Source: Octopus bimaculoides
Lineage: Eukaryota
Assembly (NCBI RefSeq): GCF_001194135.2
Contig: NC_068987.1
Coordinates: 95,902,121-95,966,120 of the forward strand
Length of the DNA: 64,000 nucleotides
Direction: 5' to 3'
Position numbers and translations under genes: made by a program. The notes under the pieces are model-generated. The model made no database searches and had not been told where the DNA came from. It worked only from the letters and a program-made list of their open reading frames with translations. Position 1 is the first letter of the stretch, and each line of letters starts with the position of its first letter. Of the stretch, positions 24,381-36,884 are shown piece by piece.

Positions 24381-26077
24381 ACTGTTAAAAAAAGTTATTT
24401 ATTGAATGCTACCCATATCTGTTCACTGTTTAGGAATACTTTGCAGGAAGTGCAGTCACAGCTGCACTATCTGTGTATCAGTTGATTATATTGACCTCAT
24501 TAAAATGATAAGTAAAGTCTACAACTGCAAGATTCAAAATCAAAATGTACAAAAAGGTAATTAAATTCGCTTCTGTAACAAAATACAGTATAGCATTTGG
24601 TTAACTGTTCTACTGATTCTGCTTTCCACCACTATTGATAATAACAACAACAACAATAATAATAATGATGATGATGATGATGATGATCCTTTCTACTATA
24701 AGCACAAGGCCTGAAATTTTCAGGGAGGGAACTAGTCGATTATATCAACTCCAGCACTCAACTGGTACTTCTTTCATTGACCATGAAAGGATGAGAAGCA
24801 AAATCAACTACAGCAGAACTTGAACTCAAAACATAATGCTGGAAGAGAAGCTATGAAGTATTTTGTCTCGCGTACTAGTGATTCTGCAAGCTCACAACCT
24901 TCGTAATAATAATAATGTTTTCATTATTAATCACCAAGAGTTGACAAAAACATTGAGGTCAGTAATGAAAAAGCAGGTAAAAAAATAAAAAAATAACAGA
25001 AACAAAGAATTCCTCAAAAGGAAACATTGGAGGGCCTTTAGTGGAAACACACAAAACAATGATTACTCTGACAACTAAGGTGAATGTCCTCTCCTAATTA
25101 TCCTCTAATCTGAAGATGTATGCTCAGAATAGGACCCATTCACTTGGACCGTGTTTACCACTCTCATCCACCTTTCAACAAATTTGCTGGAAGCAGTACT
25201 TCTCTCTCCATCCTCACTTTCTTTTTCAAGAGTAACATGAACAAATTGATGAAAGCTTGACCAAGGAGGAAGGTGTGTGCCTTCATCATTTTTAGTACTG
25301 TCCATACTCAATCTAGCAAAACAAATAGAATGAAAACTCCCTCACTTGAAAAACATGTAAGATTTAGCAACAGGAAGAACATCCAACTGTAAAACAATAC
25401 CTCAGTTATTTCTATTCCAGCCACATCATTGTTTAATGTTAATATCATCATTGTTTAACATTCGCCTTCCATTCTTGCATGGGTTGGACGGTTTAACAGG
25501 AGCTGCCCTTCTTAACACCAACCACCCAGTCGAGTGGACAGAGTGCTTTTTCATGGTACAAGCACAAGTGAGGTTAGTCTTGGCATGGTTTTACAGCTAG
25601 ATGCCCTTCCAGATACCAACCACTTTCCAGTGTAGACTGGATACTTTTTGCATAGAATGGAAAAATAGACATTAAAACCTACAAAGTATATACACAACAG
25701 GCTTCCACACAAGTTCCACCTACCAGGTTCCACTTAAAAGTATAAGGGTTAACCTGAAGCTATATTAGAACTGGATGTTGTAAAGAAAGCTTCGTAACCC
25801 CAGTCATGTTTGTGTCCAGATTAAGATCAAACTCTGAAACTTGTGGTTGTGAAGCAAACTTCATAGCCCCACAAACATGACTCTTTCTCTTTCTTTCTTT
25901 TACTTGTTTCAGTCATTTGACTGCGGCCATGCTGGAGCACCGCCTTTAGTCGAGCAAATCAACCCCAGGACTTCTTTGGAAGCCTAGTACTTATTCTATC
26001 AGTCTCTTTTGCCGAACCGCTAAGTTACGGGGACGTAAACACACCAGCATCGGTTGTCAAGCGATGGTGGGGGACAA

Positions 26078-26108
<31 letters not shown>

Positions 26109-26849
26109 CACATATATACGACGGAATTCTTTCAGTTTCCGTCTACCAAATCCACTCACAAGGCTTTGGTTAGCCCAAGGCTATGGTAGAAGACACTTGC
26201 CCAAGGTGTCACACAGTGGGATTGAACCCGGGACCATGTGGTTGGTAAGCAAGCTACTTACCACACAGCCACTCCTGTTTACTTGCTTTATTTTTATTGT
26301 TAGGGCCAATGGATGAGCCTTCTTCTTCAGAATATTTTCCCCTTTTTGAACATGCATGTTGTATCAAACTCCTGGTGGGAGTGGGTACTTCTTAAATATC
26401 ATGACTTTTGAAAAGGGTCATAACACACCTTTCTTCTACTGTCTGATTATTATATTACTAACTTAACATCTACTTTTCCATGCTCACATGCGTCAGGTGG
26501 AATTTTTGAGGCACATTTTCTATGGCTGGATGTCCTTCCTATTGCCAATATCTAAGTCATATAAGAAATCTTAAGGTATTTGAGTGAGCCAAATCTGTCT
26601 CAAACAGCATTCTAATAACTTCAATATTAAATTCACTAGTGAAGTCCTATACTGCAAGCATCAGATGATCATCAGCACTACACCAAACCTCATCAAAGTT
26701 TTGCCCATTTAGTACTGTACATCTTTCGCTGGCTAGCTGCTACTGCATTTCAATGACCTACTTAATATCTCATTCAGTGTTGTTTGTTAACTTCGGCACT
26801 GTCCAACATGAACCAACCACTGCTACCCACAAATCTACCTAATCCACCC

Positions 26850-27290
26850 ATCCTCACATCCAAACCCCAATCCATGTCCTAACAGAAAGGCCTAAAAGTC
26901 TTCTGCACCCAACCTTTACTGTCTTCAGCTTTTCCCTCCACCCATTTCTTTCGTATTCTTCCCACAAATCTGCATACTTTCCTGATTTTTTGTTTTGTTC
27001 TCTTTTTTGCTTCCTATGCCATCCTATGGAACTGTCAGTTTCATGATAACTGTAAAACATGCCTACATAGACACAAGAACCAGATCAGATTTCAAAGTCA
27101 TGTTAACCACTTCTGTTAGCATTGTTTGCTTCCTTTTCTCATCCAGTAACACTAGCCACCCAGCTTCCACTGCTATCATACCACAAACACTAAGAGAGAC
27201 AACACTCTTCCTATCTCTTTTCTTTTGTCCTTCCTTCCTAAAATTAATACTTTTTGCACATTGTGGTCTCTAATTTTTCGTCATTTGCAT
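26850..27290 (-). mobile_element. HERO/NeSL-like LINE fragment (RLE domain)
   Basis: TLKSDLVLVS...IMKLTVP*D... and KY.DL.EE....GW.......VKVGCR..LG.SV match the LRPD..ELTVPWE..KY..VEVGCRGF pattern. Confidence 0.65.
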
Positions 27291-27393
27291 GACATTGAAA
27301 CTAACCCTTCCACTAGCTGCTTAGAGTATTTGATTGTGTCTCCAAATATAGGCTGAAAACAAGAGCTCTACATCAGTTCTCAATAAGATGGAA

Positions 27394-28121
27394 GGACCTC
27401 TTCAGTTTCGCTCACAGATTTTTTTTTTTTTAATAATAAACAGTTTGAAACTTCGTATACTGGTGCAATTTTTCATGCTGAACATGGTTTACTTTCAACG
27501 TCTTTGACAAAATTTCGTATTTTAGAAGTTATTTTCTGTTAAAGTTGTCATATTTGGGTAATTTTAACCAACCAATGACGTGTATTCAGCCAAAGAAAAC
27601 TACTGCTATATACGATAATAATGGAAGAGCAAGAACTTCTGGGTCATCTCTACTGAATGCCACCACTCTGTTTGATCTATTTTATTTTTGTTTACTGCCT
27701 GTGTTGCATATTACATGCTTTTTTTTTTGTTTGCTCTTCAATTGCCTTTTTGTACATTTGCATTTTCACTACTTGTACAAAGAGGCCCCAAAAAAAGCAT
27801 GTAACATGCAACACAAGCAATAAAAAATAAAATAGAACAAAGAGAGTGGTGACATTTAGTAGAGATGACCCAGAAGTTCTTGCTCTTCCATTACTATCAC
27901 ATACAGCAGTAGCTTTCTTCAGCTGAATACACGTTGTTGATTGGTTAAAATTACCCAAATAGAACTTTAACATGAAATAACTTCTAAAATACGAAATTTT
28001 GTCAAAAATGTTGAAAATAAACTATGTTCAGTGTGAGAAATTACACCAGTATATGAAGTTTCAAACTTTTTAGTTTAAAAAACAATAATTTAAAAATCTG
28101 TGAGCAAAACTGAAGAGATCC
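27394..28121. mobile_element. 728-bp foldback DNA transposon with an 8-bp TSD
   Basis: ~335-bp inverted arms, GGA(C/T)C ends, and a perfect TSD AGATGGAA (27386-93, 28122-29). Confidence 0.9.
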
Positions 28122-28846
28122 AGATGGAATGGGCATGGCTGTATTGACTTTGATCATAAATCAGCTTGATTTGTCTGTATATTCACATCAAGTTCACTGG
28201 CCATACTGTCTATACACTGTCAACATGGTTGGAGGCATAGGAGTGGCTGTTTGGTAAGAAGTCTGCTTCCCAATCAGATAGTTCTGAGTTCAGTCCCACT
28301 TCATGGCATCTTGGACAAGTGTCTTCTACTTTAGCCTCAAGTCAACCAAAACCTTGTGAAAAGATTTGGTAGATGGAAACTTAAAAAAGCTTGTCATCTA
28401 TGTATGTGTGTGTGTGCGTGTGTGTGCGTGCACGCACACACAATTTTGTGTATCTGTTTGTCCCTCATTACAGCTTGACAACCAGTGTTGGTGTATTTAT
28501 GTACTTTGCAATTTAGCAGTTCGGTAAAAGAACCCAACAGAATAAATACCAGATTTACAATAAATAAATAAATAAAAATAAAAGGACTGAAATTTCTCAA
28601 GGAGGTACCCCAGCATGGCCACAGTCTAACAACTGAAACAAGTAAAAGATAAAATATAGTCATACAGGAGTGGCTATAGGTGCAGTAGCGGCTGTGTGGC
28701 AAGTAGCTTGCTTACCAACCACATGATTCTGGGTTCAGTCCCACTGTGTGGCACCTTGTGCAAATGTTCTTCTGCTATAGTCTCGGACCAACCCAAGCCT
28801 TGTGACTGGATTTGGTAGAAGGAAACTGGAAGAAGCCTGTTGTATA

Positions 28847-28880
<34 letters not shown>

Positions 28881-29452
28881 TGTGTTCCCCCCCCCCTGTC
28901 ACTTGACAACCAATGCTGGTGTGCTTATGCCCCCAAAACTTAGCGGTTCAGCAAAAGATACCGATAGAATAAGTACTAGGCTTACAAAGATAAGTCCTGA
29001 TGTCAGTTAGTTCAACCAAAGGCAGTGCTCCAGCATGGCCACAGTCAAATGACTGAAACAAATAAAAGAGCAAAAGAGTAAATTACGTCTCACTCAAAAG
29101 CACAGCCCATGACCACTGACATATATTTCTACTGTCTATTCCACAAATGTAACACCAACAATTCTTTACACATACTCCCCCATCACATCTGGGAATACAG
29201 AAGAGCAGAAGTGAATTCAAAGAGTAGAACAGCTGAATCAAACACATCCTGTAATTAGCCAAAATTAACACTTACTCCCACCCTAACTCTAACCCTCATG
29301 TCAAAGGTTGAACAGACAAAAACAAATAAATACAAACTTTTTGCTTAAATAGAGGTCAAGGGTGATAAGGTAGGGGAGGAGATGGTTTGAGGGATATGGT
29401 CAGGGAATGGTACAAGAGTCAATACAGAGAGGATACATTGTGGAATTAGCAG

Positions 29453-29489
<37 letters not shown>

Positions 29490-29497
29490 CTACTCAC

Positions 29498-29540
29498 CAT
29501 TTATAAATGGCATAGCATACACGTTCTCTGCAGTTGCCAT
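29498..29540 (-). CDS. Tmc: TMC-family gene, putative first coding exon (MATAENVYAMPFIN+G); the exon extends into 5'UTR to 29575
   Basis: ATG in accaaaATGg context with an in-frame upstream TAA. Acceptor ttttattcag at 29576-77 and donor GTGAGT at 29497. The phase-1 end matches the phase of the 18911 exon (G+AC=Asp). No sequence homology supports this short exon. Confidence 0.6.
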
Positions 29541-29662
29541 TTTGGTATTTTCGCTAGTCTTTCTTCTTTAAATATCTGAATAAAATAAAATAAAATTAAT
29601 TTGAATTGACAGAATTCATACAAATTGACGGAGTGTTATTTTGACTAATTTACATATCTTAC

Positions 29663-29741
29663 ATAGCATAGAGCAGTGGAAAGGTTGTTATTGGAATTCC
29701 AACCACGTTTCGTGGTTTGCTACCTCAACAGCTCCTTTATA
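29663..29741 (-). promoter_or_regulatory. Candidate TATA box (29741-29736) and short non-coding first exon of the TMC gene
   Basis: TATAAAG on the minus strand, a GTAAGA donor at 29662, and an 87-nt intron to the acceptor at 29576. Motif-level evidence only. Confidence 0.3.
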
Positions 29742-30309
29742 GGATCCAGTGGTTAATAGACATCATCAGAAGGAACCATGTCCGTTTTCGGTTTCGGCTC
29801 CTACTCCTCTACCATTTTCAGCATGGCGCCTCCCCCCTCCTTTCAGAGGTGTCTTCAGCTCTGGTGTTGAGTGCATTTCTTCTTTCTCCTTTTTTTCTTC
29901 TGTTCCCTGGCCTCTTCAATGCAGTGTCAATGGGTGTCAGCGGGCGACTGACCAACCTGCCAAATTTCCCTTTAAATGCTCGCTGGTAGGCTCTAGCAGC
30001 CAGCACCAGCCAGTTGTCACATGACACTATCTAAACTTCATCTGACCAACGGAGGCAAAAAGGTGCATAATCTTAGCCTGTGCCCTCTCTAAACCTGCCT
30101 TCCAATAGTGTCGTGTTAGCTTCAGTTCCAGCAGACAGAGCCGACCAGCTGTTTGGTGGTACAAGCCTTCGAACCAGGAGGAAGAGGCGCCATGAATGAG
30201 ACCGCTACCTGTCAATCAGCAATGCTGCTTTTTCACCTCTACTAACAATCAAACAAGTCTAAAACAGTTGTTACTTAACTCTTTAGCATTCAGGTTCTTC
30301 TGTCAAATG

Positions 30310-30657
30310 TGTAGTAACGCTGTGCGAATGCGTAGTCTCACGCATGCGTGCAATTCAACAACCAAACGTTCCCGCTCAATTCATTCTCTTTCTTGCTGGC
30401 CAGCAATAGAGCATGGACGTGTCAAGCAGTGTCTCCAACATTCCAACCTGGAGACAGTCTCTTTACGTGTATAGCTGTCACTCTCCATCTTTCGGACTTA
30501 CACTCGACAGCTCGCTCACATCTACATAACAACGTCCCAACAACTATGCTCACACACACAGAAGCTGTAACAACAAGAGCTAATGATGTATATATTTACC
30601 ACCTGAATAAATGTTGTTTAAGTTGATAGTCTGGAGTTCAGCGTTCCGTTTAATTTC
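30310..30657 (+). mobile_element. Truncated LTR related to the 53160 solo LTR
   Basis: Shares TGTAGTAACGC, agtctca.gcatgcgtg, attcattctcttt, ccaacattccaac, AATAAA (30606-11) and gcgttccgtt. The 3' end is replaced by a piggyBac-type MITE fragment. Confidence 0.65.
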
Positions 30658-31078
30658 TTAATTTGTGTATTACTTTGTAGCTTCAAGGTATCAATGATGT
30701 GATTGTATACTTTCAGAATGACATTGTAGGGTAGGTGTGATAGGCCAGATCAGGCCAGTCTGAACATAAAACAGGTAGAATATTGGGCCAGATATGACCA
30801 GTTTAAATGCTAAAGGGTTAAGCAATACAATGCATTACATCATCCACACGTTTCAATTATTCTTTTAAAAATAACAGATGCAGACATGGCTGTGTGGTTA
30901 AGAAGCTGGCATAGTTGCAAGTTCCATCCCACTGTGTGACACTTTGGGCAATTGTTGTTTACAGCTTCAATGAATATTGACAAATGCCTTGTGAGTGAAT
31001 GTGGCAGATGGAAACTGTAATGTTAGTAATATTAGTAATATTAGTAGCAATCAAAAGCATGAACCGTGCAGTCTAGTA

Positions 31079-31123
<45 letters not shown>

Positions 31124-31714
31124 TGTGTGTGTGTGTGTGTGTAAATATATATATATCTATAATATAATTATGGTGCTGCAAAGCATCAGCTTCACTACAT
31201 ATAGGAGTCAAATGAACCACTAAACCACATAGAGCTCACTTAAAACATGCATGGTGAAGGGTAAGTGGCAAATAAAAATTGATATATAGATATATATAGG
31301 CGCAGGAGTGGCTGTGTGGTAAGAAGCTTGCTTCCAAACCATATGGTTCTGGGTTCAGTCCCACTGTATGGCACCTTGGCCAAGTGTCTTTTACTATAGC
31401 TTTGGGCCGACCAAACCTTGAAAATGGATTTAGTAAACAGAAATTGAAAGAAGCCTGTTGTGTATATATATATATATATATATATATAAATATATACATC
31501 TATGTTTGTCCCCCCACCATCTCTTGACAACCGATGTTGGTGTGTTTATGTGCCTGTAACTTAGCGGTTCGGCAAAAGTAACTGATAGAATAAGTCCTGG
31601 AGTCGATTAGACCGACTAAAGGTGGTGCACCAGCATGGTTGCAGTCAAATGACTGGAACAAGTAAAAGAGTAAAAGAATGTATACATATTTACATTATAT
31701 ACATTATATATGTA

Positions 31715-31820
31715 CGAAGGGTGTATAAAAAGTCTTGAGCCTCAAAAAAACAAAACATGGTACAAGACTTCTGATGAAGGTACAAGACTTCAAGGCTCAA
31801 AACTTTCCATACACCCCTCA
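31715..31820. mobile_element. 106-bp mariner-type mini-MITE
   Basis: TA|CGAAGGGTGTATAAAAAGTCTTGAGCCT ... AGGCTCAAAACTTTCCATACACCCCTCA|TA imperfect TIRs. Confidence 0.75.
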
Positions 31821-32829
31821 TATATGCATGTGTGTGTATAACATGATAATAGTTTTTTTTTTTTAATGTTGAAAAATTCTCCCAACTACATTTTCATTCT
31901 TATAGTTGTGCTAAGTCTAAATATCCTGTTTGCATTAAAGAAAGGTTCAAAATGGTGATGACAATATAAACAGATTATTGTGTTTGACTCATTATGAATC
32001 ACCAATGCTGTTTTTGTTACTATTGTTATCTTCAAACCTACCTGTTCAAGTATTTGAAATAGTTTTATTCACTAAATGTTCATTGAACTATACTCTTTTT
32101 CTTTACTTTTGTTCAATTTGTTATGTTTTTCTTCTTACTTTTATTAATTTTTTTTTTTTTGCTTTTTACAGTTGTGTCACTTGTACAATGTATGTATGTA
32201 TGTTTGGTAGCTATTTTGGATGTGTAAAACGTAATGTGTACAAATAATATTTTCAAAGTCTGAAAAGCAAATTTGTATTTTTTTTACTAACATCTGGGTA
32301 CTTAAGGCAGGCTTTCCTTAGATAATGATTCTTTTTATAAGAATTCCAAAGGAAATTTCATTTGGTAATATTCTTTCATTCTTTTACTTGTTTCAGTCAT
32401 TTGACTGCGGCCATGCTGGAGCACCACCTTTAGTCGACCCCAGGACTTATTCTTTGTAAGGCTACTACTTACTCTATCGGTTACTTTTGCTGAACTGCTA
32501 AGTTACAGGGACGTAAACACACCAGCATTGGTTGTCAAGCGATGTTAGGGGGACAAACACAGACACACAAACATATATACACACACATATATATATATAT
32601 ATATATACAGATATACGACGGGCTTCTTTCAGTTTCCGTCTACCAAATCCACTCACAAGGCTTTGGTCGGCCCAAGGCTATGGTAGAAGACACTTGCCCA
32701 AGGTGCTACACAGTGGGACTGAACCCGAAACCATGTGGTTGGTAAGCAAGCTACTTACCACACAGCCACTCCTGTGCCTACATGAATAATTTTGAAGAGA
32801 AAACTGTTAACACACTTAGTCTGTTTTTA

Positions 32830-35800
32830 TGATCTGAGATCAAATTCTGCTGAGGTCAACTTTGCCTTTTATCCTTTTAGGGTCGATAAAATAAGTACCA
32901 GTTGAACACTGGGGTAGGAATAGTAGACTTACTCCCTCCTCTGAAATTAATAGTCTTGTGCCAAAATCCGAAACCATTATTAAGGTGGCAAGCTGATAGA
33001 ATCATTAGCACACCAGACAAAATACTTAATAGCATTTTATTCATCTTTATGCTCTGAGTTCAAATTCCACTTAGGCTTATATTGTCTTTGAACCTTTCAA
33101 GGTCGGTAAAATAAGTACCAGTTGAGTTCTGGTATCAATATAATTGACTAGCTCCCTTTCACAAAATTTCAGGCTTTGTGATTATAACAAAGGATTATCA
33201 TTACTGTTATCATTATTAAGCTGGCGCTGGGTTAACTGCTTAGCAGCATTTCATCTATCCTTAGATTCTGAGTTAAAATTCTGCTGGGGTTGATGTTGCC
33301 TTTCATCCTTTCAGGGTCAATAGAATAATTACCAGTTGAGTACTGGAGTCGATGTAATCATCTATTTCCCTCCCCAATATTTCAGGCCTTGTGCCTATAG
33401 TAGAGAGCATTGTTAAGGTGGCAAACCGGCAGAGTTGTTAGGATGTGAGAAAAATGCTTTGTGGTATTTGTTCCAACCCATGTTCTGAGTTCAACATCTG
33501 CTGAGGTTGACTTTGCCTCTCAATTTTTTGAGGTTGATAAAACAAGTGTCTGTGGAACACTGAGGCTGACTGCCCCACATCACCACTAGAGTTTCCGGCT
33601 TTGTGCCTATAATAGAAAGGATTATTCATCATCATCATCATTCAATGTCCATTTTCATACTGGGGTTGATGTAATCAACAAGTCCCCTTCCCCAAAGTTT
33701 CAGGCCTTGTGCCTTTAGTAGAAAGATTATCATTATTATTATTACTAAGAAGGTGATGAGCTGGCAGAATCGTTAGCATGCTGGGTGAAATGCTAAGCAA
33801 CATTCTGTTTGTCTTTATGTTCTGAGTTCAAATTCCACTGAGATCAGCTTTGCCTTTCATCCTTTCAGGATTGATAAAATTAGTATCAGTGGAGCATGGG
33901 GATCGATGTAATCAACTTACCCCCTACCCTGAACTTGCTGGCTTTGTGCCAAAATTTGAAACCACTAATATAATCAGTAAGGCAGCATCGGCAGAATTGG
34001 TAGCAACATTTCCTCTAGCTCCTTATGACTTGAGTTCATATTCTGTTGCGATTCATTTTGCCTTTCATCCTTAATTAACCCAAGGTTATAATAGAATTGA
34101 TTTGCACAAGGAAAACAGATGTTACAAAGCAAACTTCTTAACCATACAGTCATGTTTGTACCCTGTTTTCTTTTTCTTTTTATTTTATATGCATGCCTCT
34201 TTTATAAAATGATAAAAAAAAAAATAAAAGGTAAAAACCAGCTGTATAAATTTCATCCTATTTATGAAAATAAAACTTAAAAACCAACAATACAAACATG
34301 AAATAAAGTAGAAACACTAAAAAATCACATTAAGAAGTTGGTTTTAATTTATAGTAGGATAGCCAGATTTAAGTTTTATGTCAATTGAGGAACTTACGAG
34401 ATTTCTATGCAACAACTAACTGTTTCCTTATATAATATGGGTGTTATTTACATAACCTTCTTCTTCCGCTAGAACTGGCAAACATTGACATTTCACTCCT
34501 AATAGCAAAAGAAGTGAAGCTGCAAGTTATAATATACTTGTCAAAAAGGTTGTTATTTCCAAATTAAGGATTTCAAAAGACTAATTGCCAGCATATTTTG
34601 TGTCAGACTATTTTACCAAACAGTTTATTAAATGGTAAAAACTTTAGTTAATAGGAGGCCTTCTTATTTAAAGAGCATGTTAAAATGATAGACTAAATGT
34701 CTTTTTCAAAATTGAAGCTGTTACTACTTGCCTAAATTATACTTTACAATAAATCATATAGAAACAAGAAGCTAGAATTATACTATTCATTTTTTTAAAC
34801 TTTTTTTTTATCATGATTTGTATTTTCTGTGTGTGCATGTGTGAATGAGAGAGGGGGGGAGAGAGAGAGAGAGAGAGAGAGAGAGTGTGTACGTGCGTAT
34901 GTGTGTGTGTGTGCCAGTAAATATCAACTGAAATAAATAATATAACTAAATAAAAGTACATTTATGGAACAGACATGATCCCTGACCTGTCTAAAAGGCA
35001 GTAAGAACAGACTTGGATTGCGATGACCCAAGCAAACCAAGCCAGCATGGAGACAATGATGAAGACAATATATTATTATCATCAAGTCAGTGAGCTGGCA
35101 GAATTGTTGGTACACCAGGCAAAATGCTTATTGGTATTTTGTCTGTCTCTACATTCTGAGTTCAAATTCCATTGAGGATGATTTTGTTTTCATCGAAATA
35201 AGTACCTGGCATAGTGCCAAAATTTGAAAGGATTATTAAGGTGGCAAGCTTTCAGAATCATTAGCATGCTGTCCAACCTTATATTCTGAGTTCAAATTCC
35301 ACCAAGGTCGACTTTGCCTTTCATCTTTTCAAAATTAATAAAATAAGTACCAGTTGAGCGCTGGGAATGAGGCAATTGATTAACTCCCTCCCTGACAATT
35401 TCAGGCCTTGCACCTATAGTGGAAAGGATTATTATCATTACTATTGATTTAACTCAGGTTTGTTCTTATTCCTTGTAGAATTTATGTTGGGTAGCCTTAG
35501 TTACCGACAAGCTTTCAAAAGTCTTTCAAATGCTTAAAACCCCCCTGATAATCTTTCCTATCCCTTAGAAGCAAACTTTCTGTAGAAGCTCTACAAGAAA
35601 TTATTGTTATTTACTAAGGCAGCAAGATGGCAAAATTGTTAGCACACCAGGTAAAATGCATAATGGCATTTCATACGTCTTTATGTTCTGAGTTCAAATT
35701 CTACCGACATCGACTTTGCCTTTCATCCTTTCAGGATCAATAAAATAATTACCAGTTGAACATTGGGATCGATGTAATCAACTCATCCCTTCCCCAAAAC

Positions 35801-36110
35801 TGCTACCCTTGTAGAAAAATTTGAAACCATTATTATTATTATTATTATTATTATTATGATAAGGCAGCATGCTGGCAAATCATTAGTATGCCAGGCAAAT
35901 TGCTTAGCAGCATTTTGTCTGTCTTCATGTTCTCAGTTCAAATTTTGCTAGGGGCAACTTTGCTTTTTATCCTTTCTGGGTCAATAAATTAAGCACCGGT
36001 TAAGTACTGGAGCCAAAGTAATTGACTTAGGCAATACCCTCAACATTGATGGTCAAAATTTGAAATAATAATGATGATAATCATCATTATTATTATTATT
36101 ATTATTATTA
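32830..36110 (+). mobile_element. Cluster of about ten co-oriented SINE family C copies (head gagctggcagaatcgttagc...gagttcaaattcc, tail agaaaggattatt)
   Basis: Repeated B-box ctgagttcaaattc and body gcctttcatcctttc.gggtcgataa...agtaccag. Other copies at 4625-4815, 21950-23380, 24680-24900, 38630-39210, 42000-42900 and 58340-58990. Confidence 0.85.
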
Positions 36111-36494
36111 TTTCACAAATAGCTTTCACTGCAGGACATTTCCTTCATCTTCTCTAGACAGGAAACCACAACAACAACTTTGGCATCTTCTGACTATATC
36201 TCCTCCACCTCTAACAACACTAACCAACACTGATGCTACTAAGGGGTGTTCAAATTCTTCTGGCCAGTACTGTAACATGCTTTTCCCTTCTGTTATTAAT
36301 ACAGTCATCACAGCAAACCAGTATCAAATGCAAGCACTCAAACCATGCAACATTTGCTCTCACTTCTTATCTTTCTCTCACTTTCTCTACCATGATGATG
36401 ATGATGATGATGCAGTCACTGCTTCATTCTATAACTCACAAATCACTGCTCAGTTGACCATCCTAAGCTTAATGTCCTCCGGGTAGGACAGAGT

Positions 36495-36884
36495 GGCACT
36501 CCGTTGCTTACGACGTCAAGGGTTCCAGTTGATCCGATCAACGGAACAGCCTGCTCGTGAAATTAACGTGCAAGTGGCTGAGCACTCCACAGACACGTGT
36601 ACCCTTAACGTAGTTCTCGGGGATATTCAGCGTGACACAGTGTGACGAGGCTGACCCTTTGAATTACAGGCATAACAGAAACAGGAAGTAAGAGCAAAAG
36701 TTGTGGTGGAAGAGTACAGCAGGATTCGCCACCATCCCCTGCCAGAGCCTCGTGGAGCTTTTTAGGTGTTTTTGCTCAATAAACACTCACAACACCCGGT
36801 CTGGGAATCAAAACCGCGATCCTATGACCGCGATCCTATGACCACGAGTCCGCTGCCCTAACCACTGGGCCATTGCGCCTCCAC
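36495..36884 (-). mobile_element. tRNA-derived SINE family D
   Basis: Near-identical reverse complement of 49484-49874, with an internal ~14-bp tandem duplication near 36825-36845. Confidence 0.9.

Noticed and set aside
25105-25311. 68-aa ORF as an extra TMC N-terminal exon
   Set aside because: It resembles the Tx1/L1 C-terminal end seen at 23620-23760 and is not needed for phase continuity.
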